Below the pieces are notes generated by a model that worked only from the letters and a program-made list of their open reading frames with translations, was not told the origin of the DNA and searched no databases. From assembly GCF_009914755.1 (NCBI RefSeq), contig NC_060932.1: a DNA stretch of 64,000 bases; one strand, 5' to 3'. The translations under genes were made by a program, and so were the position numbers. Below are positions 1-13,780 of the stretch, in pieces (position 1 is the stretch's first letter; every line of letters starts with the position of its first letter). Origin of the DNA: the human T2T-CHM13v2.0 reference genome, Homo sapiens.

Positions 1-31
1 TTTTCTGGAGTCCATTCCAATTGGACGTCCA

Positions 32-337
<306 letters not shown>

Positions 338-685
338 AGTAATAATAATTGGACTTCTATTTCCACCACTCCACTGTAATGGTTCTTGTCAAATCACTAC
401 ATTCATTGATCACTTTTCTAGCTTCATCTTTCTGAGCTACCAGCAGAATCAAATGTAGTATAACATAGCATTTAACGTATCTCCTCACTGGAGGGCTTTG
501 CTCCCATTACTTCTGAGAGCCCACAGTTTCTTTGCTTTTCTCCTACCTTGATTCTTTCTTCTTGTCAGTCTCCTTAGTTGGTTTCTCTCCTGACTAATTT
601 CTTAATGTTGATTCTCTGTACTCAATCTCCAGGTAATTTCAACTGGTGCCATGACAGAGGGCTGTTGAGAAAAAAATTTCTGATA

Positions 686-924
686 CAGTTTGAGCTTCCC
701 AAATCAAAAAATTCCAAATCCAAAATACTCCAAAATCCAAAACTTTTTGGGTGCTGACATGATGCTCAATAGAAATGCTCGTTGGAGCATTTTGGATTTC
801 AGATTTTTGGATTAGAGATGTTCAACCAGTATGTATTCTGCAAGTATTTCAACATCCAAAACAAAATTCTGAAACCCAGAATATTTCTGGTCCCAAGCAT
901 TTCAGATAAGGGATACTCACCCTG
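686..924. mobile_element. Tigger4a/MER46-type TcMar MITE
   Basis: 239 bp with imperfect TIRs CAGTTTGAGCTTCCC...GGGATACTCACCCTG, flanked by TA on both sides. Confidence 0.8.
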
Positions 925-1939
925 TAGTAGCACATTCTTTTCTTACCTGAAGAAAATGGGCAATCGCCATTCCCTTACACATGTTATGACTGCCTTCATG
1001 CTTTTAAGCTTCCTGTCCTCTCTGTCTAAAATGCCTTCCTACCTTTCTACCACCATTTCTTCCTGTGAAAATCCTACCTGTCCTTTAAATTCCCATTCAA
1101 AACTTATTTGAAGTCTTTTTAATGCACCCAAGTGGAATTTATCTCACATTCACTTACTCAGTACATATTTATTTCACATCAGTGTATGTCACGCATTCAG
1201 CTGGGCATTAGTGGGTAGGTGCCTTTGAGACTATGGTTGGATAGGGATGTGAACAGTGACCCCATTTTACCTTATAAGGCCTGTCTCCCTCTTTGGGTTA
1301 GAATCTCCTTGGGAACAGAAACAGTGACTTGTTGGTCTTTATATCCACATTGCCACTAAATACAGTGTCTTGCACTTAGCAGTTGCCCAGTAAATGTTTG
1401 TTGAATTGAATATTGTGCTTTCTTTTGTCAGCATGTGTATCTATTTTGATTTGTTATACTGTAAATAAAAGAAAACTCAGTCAATAGTTGGAGTACATTT
1501 CCTCATCATTGGCATGGATGGCACAGATGTTAATAAAAGCCTGACTTTTCTCTTAGACTTGTAGCCTTTTGATCACAAGATCACGTTCCATCACCATGAT
1601 TGTACTCAGCTTCTGAGGAGAAATAAGGAGGAAGGGCAGGGCCAGCCTTGTGTGTTTCTCTTATTAGTAAACCAAAAGCACTCCCAGAAATGCACACCAA
1701 TCTTCCAGGCCAGAATTCTTGCATAGCAGCAGTGGAGACTGGGCAAACAAGTGCTTCACTCTTACAGCCTCAATATTGCCAAGCCGCCAGGCAGAAGCAG
1801 GTTGGGAATGGCTCCCGGGTCAGTCAATCTGCAACGTGTACCCCATTACTAAAATGAAAACTAGCCAGGAATACATATTGATACTTATTCTTAAGGAAGA
1901 TGACACCTGAGACTATTATTTTTTTCTTTACATCGTCTT

Positions 1940-2470
1940 CATTAAAAGGTATTGACTATTTATTGTATGCCAGGAAATGTTCTAGGTACTAGAGACTCAG
2001 CCATAAATGATATGAAGTCCTTGCCCTTTTGGAACTTACCTTCTGGTAAGAGTGACTATTTAAAAAGTGAATAATGTAAATTTAGGTAAGGATAAGTATC
2101 ACAAGAAAAACTGAACCACAGTAAGGAATAGAGCATGAAGAGGGTGAGAACTTCTTTAGATAGGGGGTCAGAGAAGTCTCCTCTGATCACTGATATTTCA
2201 GCTGACAACTAAATGAATTAAGAAACTTGAATGTGCAGATCCTGAGAAAAGGCATTCCAGGTAGAAGGAATAGCAAGGTCAACAGCCTGAGCCAGCACTT
2301 TAGTGTCTAGAGCACACTAACGGTGAGAGATAGAGGCAGCAGGGCCCAGACCACAGGACAAAGGTGAGCACTGGATTTTTTCTTATTATTTTTATTAATG
2401 TGTGACACAGGCCACTGGAGGGGTAAAAGCAGGAAAATGACATGATATGTTTTACATTTTAAAGTTTGAC
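1940..2470 (-). mobile_element. L2 3' fragment
   Basis: Typical antisense L2 motifs (TATGCCAGG..GTTCTAGGTACTAGAGA; GGCATTCCAGGTAGAAGGAATAGCAAG); heavily diverged. Confidence 0.6.
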
Positions 2471-2585
2471 CACTGCGTTACAAGCCTGAAAGAAGCTCAA
2501 AACTTACATGGACAGCAGGAAAATTTAGATAGAACTGTGATCAGCTCTTTCCTCTTGCACATTTTGCTTAAATAACAAAGGGAAT

Positions 2586-2979
2586 TGTATGAGTCTGGGT
2601 TCTCCAGAGAAACAGAACTAATAGGAGTTTATATATAGGAGTCTGGAATGTATATATCCAAGTCTGAGCCCAAGAACCTGAAAACCAGGAGAGCCCGTTG
2701 TATAATCTCCAGTCTCATCCCAAGCCCAGAGGCAGAAGAACAATGCCCCAGCTCAAAGACAGTCAGGCAAAGAGAGATTATTCTCTCTTACTCCACTTTT
2801 GTGTCCTATTCAGGCCTCCAATAGATTGTTTGAGGCCTCTCTACATTGGGAGGGCTGTATGCCTTACTCAGTCCACCAACTCAAAAGGAACCTCCCCCAC
2901 AGACATACCCACAATAATGTTTAACCAAACATCTGACCCCATGGACCAGTCAAGTTGACACACAAAATTAGCCATCACA
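2586..2979 (-). mobile_element. MLT2-family (ERVL) solo LTR, probably inserted into an older MLT1-type LTR (~2535-3400)
   Basis: Minus strand starts TGTGATGGCTAATTTTGTGTGTCAACTTGACTGG; TG..CA termini; perfect 5-bp TSD GGAAT (2581-2585, 2980-2984). Confidence 0.8.
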
Positions 2980-4149
2980 GGAATTTGTAGCTCAGGTACC
3001 TGGAAATCCGAAGTATCGTATACATCAATGTTCGTTAATCCAGTGGCTCAATAAGTTCATCAGAGACACAGTTTTTCATCATCTTTCTGTTAGGCCTTCC
3101 GCATAGTTAGCTGCCTTCTAAGTCTGGTTCCCTTCCCCTATGGCTGGTAATAGGTAGCTTCTGGTATTTGGCCAGCTGCCTACTTTCTCCCTCAGGGTGA
3201 GAGACCTCATCCAGCCCAGGCTGGCTAGCAAGTATCTAGAGACTCCCTTGATTGTCCCTATTAGTTCACATGACTTCCCCAAATCCAAGACTGATGAGGG
3301 AAATGAAACATTCTCTGAGACTCTGGGCCATCTCTAGAATTGGAGGTAGAAGTTAGCATTCCCCAAAGTACATGAGTTAAGTAAGAAAGGGGTGGAAAGA
3401 CAAATGAAAATGCGTGTGTGAGTAGGAGCAGGTCCTGGGGCAGTAATGAGATTTGAGACATTTAAGTCACAGCAGACATTGCGTGTAATCACTTATGTTT
3501 TCTCATTTTGGCAATGCCGGTGCAAGCCTCCTCTTCTCCCTTTCATAGTTATCTGGGCATGTGAGTTAGTGTTGAAATTAATGGAGGAATAAGACCTCAC
3601 ATTTTTTTAAGAGGATTTTTTTAGATGATTTTTCCCATGCAGTTAATACTGTTTCTGAGGTTCTGTTTTTTATGTCCAGTGGGAAAAAATTAAATAGGAG
3701 CTGTATATGCCCATATTGGCATCAATTTTTCCTCCATGGGTTCTATACAGCTTCCAGAGGGCATCTGTTATCTGTCACCTGCACAGTTTATCTTCCTTGC
3801 TTGGGTAAAGATTAGGGTAATTGCTGAAGTCATCCCTCATTTAAGATCTTCTCCCTTGTACTTTATAAATCCAGCAATGTTTTTACTCTGCATGTTGCTA
3901 ATCGGAGATTAGTATAGATTAGGTTAGAAGATAAACAGGAAATTATAAATAAAACCATAATTTTAAGATATACATACATTGTATGCCCTAAAATACAGAA
4001 ATGTCAACTTCATAAAAAGTAAGTGAAAATTACAACAAAATGAGATACTATTTTCAGATATCGATGTGACAAATATCAGTACTGTCAATGGTCGTGTCCA
4101 GTGCTGAAGTGCTTAAACACTATTGATGGAAGTAAAATTGGTAAATTTC

Positions 4150-4691
<542 letters not shown>

Positions 4692-4724
4692 TTTTATGTT
4701 TAATCAGTTAAAAACCAACAGTAG

Positions 4725-5106
4725 GGCTGGGCGCGGTGGCTTATGCCTGTATTCATACCACTTTGGGAGGCCGAGGGGGTCAGATCACTAGGTCAAGAGT
4801 TCGAAACCAGCCTGGCCAACATGATGAAACCCTGTCTCCACTAAGAATACAAAAATGTGCTGGGTGTGTTGGTGTGTGCCCGTAATCCCAGCTTCTTGGG
4901 AGGTTGAGGCAGGAGAATTGCTTTAACCTGGGAGGCAGAGGTTGCAGTAAGCCAAAATCGTGTCACTGCACTCCAGCCTGGGCAACAGAACGTTTCATTT
5001 CCCTCATCAGTCTTGGATTTGGGGAAGTCATGTGAACTAAGAGAGACAATCAAGGGAACCTCTAGATACCTGCTACCTAGTCTCGGTTAAAAAAACAAAA
5101 ACAAAC
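4725..5106 (+). mobile_element. Alu (AluS-like) with a 100-bp non-Alu insert before the A-tail
   Basis: Full dimer; TSD AACCAACAGTA at 4713-4723 and 5107-5117; 4987-5086 is an inverted copy of 3215-3314. Confidence 0.9.
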
Positions 5107-5390
5107 AACCAACAGTAATCCAGTTTCTACTAAGAGGTCAATGGTTAAGTAAATTGTTATCTATTCAGTAAAATAATATGTGGTCATTTAAAATCCTGTT
5201 TCTAAAGAAGATTTAATTACTTAGGGAAATGACTACAATGAATTTGTGAAATATTTGGAAATGATATATTTTATATTATCTCAACATATCTTAAGTGTAC
5301 TAAAAATTTAGCAAGTGTTTATAGCAGTTATTTCTGAATACAGAGATTATGTTTTCTTCTTTATACTCCTACGTATTTCCCAAAGAATAT

Positions 5391-5761
5391 AGAAGTGCCC
5401 CTTATTCACAGTTTCACTTTCTGCAGTTTCAGTTACCTGCAGTCAACAGCAGGCCAAAAATATTAAATGGAAAATTTCAGAAATAAACAATTCATGCATT
5501 TTAAATTGCTAGGTGTTCTGAGTAGCATGATGAAATTGCATGCTCTCTGTTGCTGTCTGGCTCTGTCCCACCGGGGATGTGAGTCCTCCCTTTGTCCAGC
5601 ATCTCCATGCCACAGATGTTCCCTGCCCTTTACACACTTAGTAGCCACCTCAGTTATCAGATGGAAAAACATAGTGTGTATAGGGTTCGGTACTATCTGA
5701 GGTTTCTGGCAGCCACTGGGGACCTCAGAAGGTATTCCTCACACATATGGGGAGACTTCTG
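5391..5761. mobile_element. MER44A-type (Tigger7) MITE
   Basis: CCCCTTATTCACAGTTTCACTTTCTGCAGTTTCAGTTACC...GAAAATTTCAGAAATAAACAATTCAT; ends ..ACTTCTG then TA. Confidence 0.75.
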
Positions 5762-5763
5762 TA

Positions 5764-5921
5764 TAAGTTTTCCCTCAGTGTTTTGGGGATATTCCAGGAC
5801 TTGCCTATACTCTCTGTGCAAATACCAAATTCTCAGATGCTCAAGTCCTTTATAGTCGGCCTCTGTATCTGTGGGTTCTTCATCCATGGATTCAATCAAC
5901 CGTGTCTCTAAGGGTGGACTG
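5764..5921. mobile_element. MER2/MER2B-type MITE, internally deleted
   Basis: TTCCAGGAC..ATACCAAA..GATGCTCAAGTCC..AGTCGGCCTCTGTATCTGTGGGTT..GGACTG then TA. Confidence 0.65.
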
Positions 5922-6424
5922 TACTACTTTCGTAATTGAAAACCAAATCACATTTATTACCCATTTTCTTATGCAAAAATTGGTGTATAAACAGCATTTT
6001 TGGAGGGCACATCCTAAAGGATTCTCTTTTTCCATTTTTCTCTGGTCAATTTCTGGACTAGGAGAACACTGAATGTGTGTTCCTTTAAATTTTCTACTTC
6101 ATGATTTGCAAGAAACCACTGTCAAGGAGCCACCGTTGGCCCAGGATCATTTCCCCAGCCCAGGCCTGCCTCCTGCCTCTCCAATTTCTCTTTTGCTATG
6201 GTCTTGAGAACTCAGCTTGGTTTGGTTTCCTTTGTGACTCTCAGCACACACTCTACCCGTTGGGATTTGTTTTTCCTTAAGCTTGGCCACTCCAGAAAAC
6301 AAAGCTTTCAGCTCTTTTCTTCACTTATTTTCCCCCAAACACATTGATATTGCCTTTTTTCTTTCAAGGGCTGTTTTCCCACAGTACTGGTCCTGGGACA
6401 CTACTGCTAATGCCACCAGTACCA

Positions 6425-6635
6425 CTGGTTATCATTTGCTAAGTACTACTTTTAAAGTATTTTTTGTATGTTAACTTGTTTAGTCATCATAACCATTCTA
6501 TGACGCAGGCACAATCATCCCCGTTTTGTATATGAGGAAACTGAAGCATGAGATCACACATCTGGAAAGTCGAGGAGCAGGGATTGGAATCTCTCAGTTT
6601 AGACCCAAAGCCCGGTCACGTAACTACTAGATCAC
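6425..6635 (-). mobile_element. MIR
   Basis: Core CCCCGTTTTGTATATGAGGAAACTGAAGCA. Confidence 0.7.
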
Positions 6636-6705
6636 ATTGCCTCGAGAGAAAGAAAAGAAACTTTTAATGTGAGGAATGGAAGCCTCCTTTAAACGACCAG
6701 ACCCA

Positions 6706-7996
6706 GGCAGGGCACGGTGGCTCATGCCTGTAATGCTAGCATTTTGGGAGGCCGAGGTGGGAGGGTCTCCTGAACACAGGAGTTTGAGACCAGCCTGGAC
6801 AACAAGCATAGTGAGAGCTCGTCTCTACAAAATAGTAAAAAAATACCTAGGCGTGGTGGAGGACACCTGTGGTCCCAGCTCATCAGGAGGTAAGGTGGGA
6901 GGAAAACTTGAGCCTAGTGAAGGGGTGGGTTGCCCCTCCACACCTGTGGGCATTTCTCTTCAGGTGGAATGAGAGACTTGGAAAAGAAAGAGACACAGAG
7001 ACAAAGTACAGACAAAGAAAAATGGGCCCAGGGGACCGGTGTTCAGCATACGGAGGACCCGCTCCGCACCGGCCTGAGTTCCCTTAGTATTTATGGATCA
7101 CTATCGAGCGTTTCCCGGAGAGGGGGATGTGGCAGGACAATAGGGTAATAGTGGAGAGAAGGTCAGCAGGAAAACATGTGAACAAATGTCTCTGCATCAT
7201 AAACAAGGTAAAGAAAAAAGTGCTGTGCTTTTGATGTGCATATACATAAACATCTCAATGCCTTAAAGAGCAGTATTGCTGCCAGCATGTCTCACCTCCA
7301 GCCCTAAGGCGGTTTTCCCCTATCTCAGTAGATGGGATATACAACTGGGCTTTACACCGAGATATTCCATTGCCCAGGGAAGAGCAGGAGACAGATGCCT
7401 TCCTCTTATCTCAACTGCCAAGAGGCGTTCCTTCCTCTTTTACTAATCCTCCTCAGCACAGACCCTTTACGGGTGTCGGGCTGGGGGACGGTCAGGTCTT
7501 TCCCTTCCCACGAGGCAATATTTCAGACTATCACATGGGGAGAAACCTTGTACAATACCTGGCTTTCCTAGGCAGAGGTCCCTGCGGCCTTCCGCAGTGT
7601 ATTGTGTCTCTGGATACTTGAGATTAGGGAGTGGTGATGACTCTTAACAAGACTGCTGCCTTCAAGCATTTGTTTAACAAAGCATCCTGCGCAGCCCTTA
7701 ATCCATTTAACCCTGAGTTGACACAGCACATGTTTCAGGGAGCACAGGGTTGGGGGTAGGGTTACAGATTAACAGCATCTCAAAGCAGAATTTTTCTCAG
7801 TATAGAACAAAATGGAGTCTCTTATGTCTACTTCTTTCTACACAGACACAGTAACAATCTGATCTCTCTTTCTTTTCCCCACACCTAGGACATTGAGGCT
7901 TAAGTGAGCAGTGATCACACAACTGCACTCCAGCCTGGGTGACAGAGTAAGACCCTGTCTCAAAAAAAAAAAAAAAAAAGAAAAAGAAAAAAAAAA
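6706..7996 (+). mobile_element. AluJ split by LTR5B (6706-6917 and 7884-7996)
   Basis: Alu right arm breaks at ..TTGAGCCTAG and resumes CCTAGGACATTGAGGC..; A-tail 7962-7996. Confidence 0.85.
6918..7883 (-). mobile_element. HERV-K(HML-2) solo LTR, LTR5B-like, 966 bp
   Basis: Minus strand begins TGTGGGGAAAAGAAAGAGAGATCAG and ends CAACCCACCCCTTCA; TSD CCTAG at 6913-6917 and 7884-7888. Confidence 0.92.
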
Positions 7997-8521
7997 CGGA
8001 CCCAGCGGGGTGTTGGAATGAGACTGCAGTCATATTCCACCCATCCTCTCACCCCCTTGAGCTAAGTAATCATTTTGAAGTTGCTTGTCATATGGCCTCT
8101 AGACTGGCTGATGCCTCCAGTAGCTATAAATTAGCCTAATAATGCCATATGCTGGACACCATAATTCATACCTAATAGCTCAACAGTGTATAGCCAATTA
8201 CTAACAATGTCATTTTTGTAAGCTAATGAGGATTCCTGACAAACCACTTTTATACTTTCATCATCACTCCCTCTCCCAATTCATCATTTTTTTCTTTAGC
8301 AGCTCCAGTCTCTCCTTTGTTCTCCAGAGCACTTCCCAAGGTAACTTAGAAGTATTTTCTGGGCTGCAGTCCTTAACTTTAGGCCAAATAAACCCTCTAC
8401 CTATAGTAATTTTGGCTCAATTTCTTTCTTTAGGCCAACACTCCTAAAAATCACAAATGAAGCTGAATGGGCATTCACTTTCTGCTTTCATCTTCTTGGG
8501 GATAAGAACTATAAAATCCTT

Positions 8522-8813
<292 letters not shown>

Positions 8814-9559
8814 AGAACTATAAAATCCTTTTCTCATTCCTCATCTGATCCTACCTTTAATGAAGGCCATATGGCTGCTTTTATTCCTTATAGTCCTTCC
8901 TTACAACATAAAGATATGAATAAGCTGAGCCAATAGAACAACCAAACCCCTGTAGGTCAAGTGGAAAATGTATCTTTGATCATTTTTAAACACGGTATTA
9001 CCACGTTCGTTAGGCTTTAGTCGTATGAAAGAGTAATCCTCTCTTGGTATTTTCTTGCAGTACTCAAGACATCTGTTGGGCTCATCATCATAATATTATT
9101 GTGGCTCACGTGTGAGTTGGGGCCCTCTGCTCTAGTGCATTGTCTTGTAGACAAAGTTGGCTCTAAGCCTCATGGAATTCAAAGTCCTTTCCAAAATGGG
9201 CCTCATTTCTCTCAGGGTTTCTATCTTCATGGCTTCCTCTGTCTCCCAAGGTCTGGTTCTTTACTCTGGTCTTTGTTTTCACCATGTGAGGCCCCTTTCC
9301 TGGCTGACCTCCCTCCCAGCCCCACGGTATTAGTGTTTACTGGATAGCCGTGAGTCCAGGGAGGAGTAACGTCTGTACAAACTGCTTTGTAAAAAATTCC
9401 ACATGAATTCTTCTCTCAGCCTACTACTTAGGATCTTAAGTCTACCACTGATGATTCCTCATGCTGCTCATCCATAAAGAATCCAGTCTCACATCTTCCC
9501 ATTTTCTCCCTCTCTCCTTTCTCCTCTTTTCTTACCTCCCCGTCTTTCCCTCTCTAGAG

Positions 9560-9930
9560 CAACAGTTCTCAAACTTCAGTGTGCACCAGAATCACCCAGC
9601 TTGTTTAAAACAAGATTTCTCAGCCCACCCATAGTTTGTGATTGAGTGGGACTGAAGTAGGAACTGAGAATCTGCATGTTTTCAATTTTTAAAAGTGCTT
9701 TAGAGACAAAGTCTTATTATATTGCCCAGGCTGGAGTAGAGCAGCTATTTGCAGGCACAATCATAGCTCACCATGGCACTATTCCTGGGCTCAAGTGATC
9801 CTCCCACCTCAGTCTCTAGAGTGGATGGGACTATAAGCACCCCTGACTGTCCCCAGAAAGAATCTGCATTTCTGCTAAGCTCCCAGGTATTGCTGATGCT
9901 GATCTTGAGACCACTCTTTAAGAAATACTA
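9560..9930. mobile_element. MER5A (hAT-Charlie) interrupted by a FAM monomer
   Basis: CAGTTCTCAAACTT..AGAATCACC..GAGAATCTGCAT..AAGCTCCCAGGT..GACCACTCTTTAAGAA. Confidence 0.75.
9695..9857 (-). mobile_element. FAM-like fossil Alu monomer
   Basis: Single arm retaining 7SL-like GCTATTTGCAGGCACAATCATAGC; TSD AGAATCTGCAT. Confidence 0.7.
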
Positions 9931-10269
9931 CTTTAGAACAACACATTTCTTCCCAGGTCTCCAAGACAGCAGTTCCATCTGCTTCTCTTTGGTTCACATT
10001 TTATTGCAAACACTTATTAACACATTTTTCCAACAAATATAATTCATTTCCTAAGAGGAATGGTGGTGCCAGGTTTAAAGAAATATGCTATTTTTGCCAC
10101 TGTTACCTCATCTTCATAATTGTCAATATTATTACCCTCTGAATTTATTATGTGATTACTCTGTAGCATACACTGAGCTCTGTAATTTGCATTCATTTTT
10201 CTCCTTCAATCTTGTTGGGAGAAAATTCTCCATGAATCTACATTTTTCCATGTCTAAGCATCAATAGTC

Positions 10270-10741
10270 AATTTGTGCAGATTTATTTACATTCCAGTTT
10301 AGTAAAGGTAGACAGCGCCTCTGTCTATCTGTCCTCTCTCTCTTTCCATTCCTGGGTAGTAAAGATAAAAACCTCACCCTCCCCTCCCAGGGAAGATTTG
10401 CTAACATCCCAGAATAACAAATATAATTTCTGTTTCTGAAGGGCAGGAGGGACAGGTTTGCCAGCCCGCATATAATGCCAGGGGGGTCCTAAGCTTGGCA
10501 TTCTTCAGGAGTGCTCCAAACCGCTGTGTGTGCAACACCCACCTGGGTGTCTTTATCACCCCCATGTACCTGACAGGCAAGGGAAGCTGGTGCTTGGATG
10601 AAGCTCACAATGTCTGCCCTGTCGTGAGTAATAAACTGTCTAAATCCATTTGGGTTCATTGTGTCCTTACCAGTTAAATTCAAGGATATTTGGAAGCCAG
10701 ACTAACAGTTGTCACCAGCTGCTCCTCAGGAACTGCTTGAC
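10270..10741 (+). mobile_element. Old LTR (ERVL-class, LTR40-like; family uncertain)
   Basis: TATA-like TATAAT near 10471, GTGAGTAATAAAC poly(A) signal, ends ..TGCTTGAC. Confidence 0.45.
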
Positions 10742-10829
10742 TTCTTAGCAAATCTTTAAGATCACTTGGTGAGATTGTTCTATTATATCCAATCTTCAGA
10801 AGAGGACAAGTTGGGCTTTGTGCAGTTTA

Positions 10830-10958
10830 TTTTTTTTATTTTTTATTTTTTTAATGTTAACCATATATTAAAATATTTTAATAATGCAATTAACATATTC
10901 ATAATTTAGTATGCAAGGTACATTACGGTAATTTCTATACCAGATGTCTGGTAATTCT

Positions 10959-10989
<31 letters not shown>

Positions 10990-12474
10990 TTTTTTTATTG
11001 ATCATTCTTGGGTGTTTCTCGCAGAGGGGGATTTGGCAGGGTCACAGGACAATAGTGGAGGGAAGGTCAGCAGATAAACAAGTGAACAAAGGTCTCCGGT
11101 TTTCCTAGGCAGAGGACCCTGCGGCCTTCCGCAGTGTTTGTGTCCCTGGGTACTTGAGATTAGGGAGTGGTGATGACTCTTAACGAGCATGCTGCCTTCA
11201 AGCGTCTGTTTAACAAAGCATATCTTGCACCGCCCTTAATCCATTCAACCCTGAGTGGACACAGCACATGTTTCAGAGAGCACAGGGTTGGGGGTAAGGT
11301 CACAGATCAACAGGATCCCAAGGCAGAAGAATTTTTCTTAGTACAGAACAAAATGAAAAGTCTCCCAGGTCTACCTCTTTCTACACAGACATGGCAACCA
11401 TCCGATTTCTCAATCTTTTCCCCACCTTTCCCCCCTTTCTATTCCACAAAACTGCCATTGTCATCATGGCCCGTTCTCAATGCGCTGTTGGGTACACCTC
11501 CCAGACGGGGTGGTGGCCGGGCAGAGGGGCTCCTCACTTCCCAGTAGGGGCGGCCGGGCAGAGGCGCCCCTCACCTCCCGGACGGGACGGCTGGCCAGGC
11601 GGGGGGCTGACCCCCCCACCTCCCTCCCGGACGGGGTGGCTGCCGGGCGGAGACGCTCCTCACTTCCCAGATGGGGCGGCTGCTGGGCGGAGGGGCTCCT
11701 CACTTCTCAGACAGGGCGGTTGCCAGGCAGAGGGTCTCCTCACTTCTCAGACGGGGCGGCCTGGCAGAGACGCTCCTCATATCCCGACGGGGCGACAGGG
11801 CAGAGGCGCTCCCTACATCTCAGATGATGGGTGGCCGGGCAGAGACGCTCCTCACTTCCTAGATGGGATGGCGGCCGGGAAGAGGCGCTCCTCACTTCCT
11901 AGATGGGATGGCGGCTGGGCAGAGACACTCCTCACTTTCCAGACTGGGCAGCCAGGCAGAGGGGCTCCTCACATCCCAGACCATGGGCGGCCAGGCAGAG
12001 ACGCTCCTCACTTCCCAGACAGGGTGGCGGCCGGGCAGAGGCTGCAATCTCGGCACTTTGGGAGGCTAAGGCAGGCTGCTGGGAGGTGGATGTTGTAGCG
12101 AGCCGAGATCACGCCACTGCACTCCAGCCTGGGCACCATTGAGCACTGAGTGAACGAGACTCCGTCTGCAATCCCGGCACCTCGGGAGGCCGAGGCTGGC
12201 GGATCACTCGCGGTTAGGAGCTGGAGACCAGCCCGGCCAACACAGCGAAACCCCGTCTCCACCCAAAAAATACGAAAACCAGTCAGGCGTGGCGGCGCGC
12301 GCCTGCAATCGCAGGCACTCGGCAGGCTGAGGCAGGAGAATCAGGCAGGGAGGTTGCAGTGAGCCGAGATGGCAGCAGTACAGTCCAGCTTCGGCTCGGC
12401 ATCAGAGGGAGACCGTGGAAAGAGGGGAGAGGGAGAGGGAGCGGGAGAGGGAGAGGGAGGGGGAGGGGGAGAGA
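10830..12474 (-). mobile_element. Full-length SVA (SVA_D-like) with 3' transduction
   Basis: Minus strand: (CCCTCT)n hexamer 12474-12421, Alu-like domain, GC-rich VNTR ~12040-11495, SINE-R (env + LTR5 U3/R) to AATAAA 10999-10994, (AAAT)n tail, 105 bp unique DNA, second A-tail; TSD CTTTGTGCAGTTTA at 10816-10829 and 12475-12488. Confidence 0.96.
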
Positions 12475-12904
12475 CTTTGTGCAGTTTAATAACATAAGCA
12501 ATCCACTCAATTAGTAAGTAAAAGTGACATGATTTGATCCCATGGCTGCCTGACTCAGAGTCTACTTTCTTTGTAATTATGTTTCCAGTGGCAATTCTGA
12601 GGTCTTTCAAAGAAACTGATAAGAATGAGAAATTCTCATTACTTGAAGTAAAGCTCTAAGGGACCTCATGGGAAGAAAATAAATCATTACACTCTTGTCC
12701 ATACCCAAGGGAGAAGAGCTGCTCCAGAACAATCTTATCTCACAGTTCTTATCTCAAAAGTCCTCCTAGGAAATAGTGGCCTCAAAAGGAAGAGGGTAAG
12801 AGGGTAGAGGACAAGTTTGATGTTTCTGACATCAATCCTAAGGTTTGCTTTTCCTTAGTTTCTGTTAGTAGCCATTTATAATGTTTATACATTTGTAAAT
12901 CCAT

Positions 12905-13410
12905 TTTCAATTGGGTTTATTGAGGTATAATTTATATACAGTGAAATTGATCAATTTTAAGTGTGCAGTTGGATGAGTTTTGACAAATGTGTGCAGTCAT
13001 GTAACCCCCACCATGAATATGATATAGAATATTTCACCATCCTACAGTGTTTCCTTGTGTCATGTTGTAAGGAGTCCCTGCCTCCATTCCTGGTCCCTGG
13101 CAAACATTGATCTGCCTTCTGTCACTATAGGCTTACGTTTTCTAGAATTTCACACAAATAGAATTATACAGTGTGCAATAATTCATATCTGACTTCCTTC
13201 ACTTAGCATGGTGCTTTGAGATTTATTGGCATTGCTATGTGGACCAGTAGTTTATTCATTTTTATCACTGAGCAGTAATTCAGTATAGAGATACCACAAT
13301 TTATCTCTTCAACAGTTTATGAATATCTGAGTTGTGTTCAGTGTTTTTAGCTATTATGGATAAAGCTCCTATCAACATTTGAATACAAGTCTTTATCAGA
13401 ATGCATGTTT
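12905..13410 (-). mobile_element. Old L1 (L1MB/ME-type) 3' fragment
   Basis: TTTATTGAGGTATAATTTATATACAGTGAAAT..AAGTGTGCAGTTGGATGAGTTTTGACAAATG. Confidence 0.75.
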
Positions 13411-13780
13411 TCTCCCATCTCTTGGGGCCATCTCCTGGATGCTCACAAAAGCCCCAAGGGAAAATTTAGCTCCGTAGAGAGGCACATGATGTCTTTTAAG
13501 AACCTTTCTCTGATTACCTTTTGTACTTTGTTTCTAAATATTTTTCCTGCATGAAATTTTAGTCCATTCATTTATTAATTCAACATTTGTGCACCTGAAC
13601 AATGTCAAGGGCTGGGGATAAGCATGGATAAGGCAGATATGGTTTCAGTTCTTACAGAACTTCTACTAGGTAAAACTGACTATAAACAACAGCAATATAA
13701 AATAATTGCAGATCATGATGAATGCTACAAAGAAAATAACTGGCAACCAAGATGGCACCAAAAGGTAGAGGAAAACACGG

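Larger units (their letters stand above)
6643..8440 (+). mobile_element. ERV1-class solo LTR (family unassigned), interrupted by AluJ and LTR5B; LTR parts ~6643-6705 and ~7997-8440
   Basis: 3' part has AATAAA near 8387 and ends TAGGCCAACA; 5' part inferred from continuity across the Alu TSD (GACCCAG); no clean LTR TSD seen. Confidence 0.5.

Noticed and set aside
11391-12098. 235-aa ORF and overlapping GC-rich ORFs
   Set aside because: Antisense reading of the stop-poor SVA VNTR; not a gene
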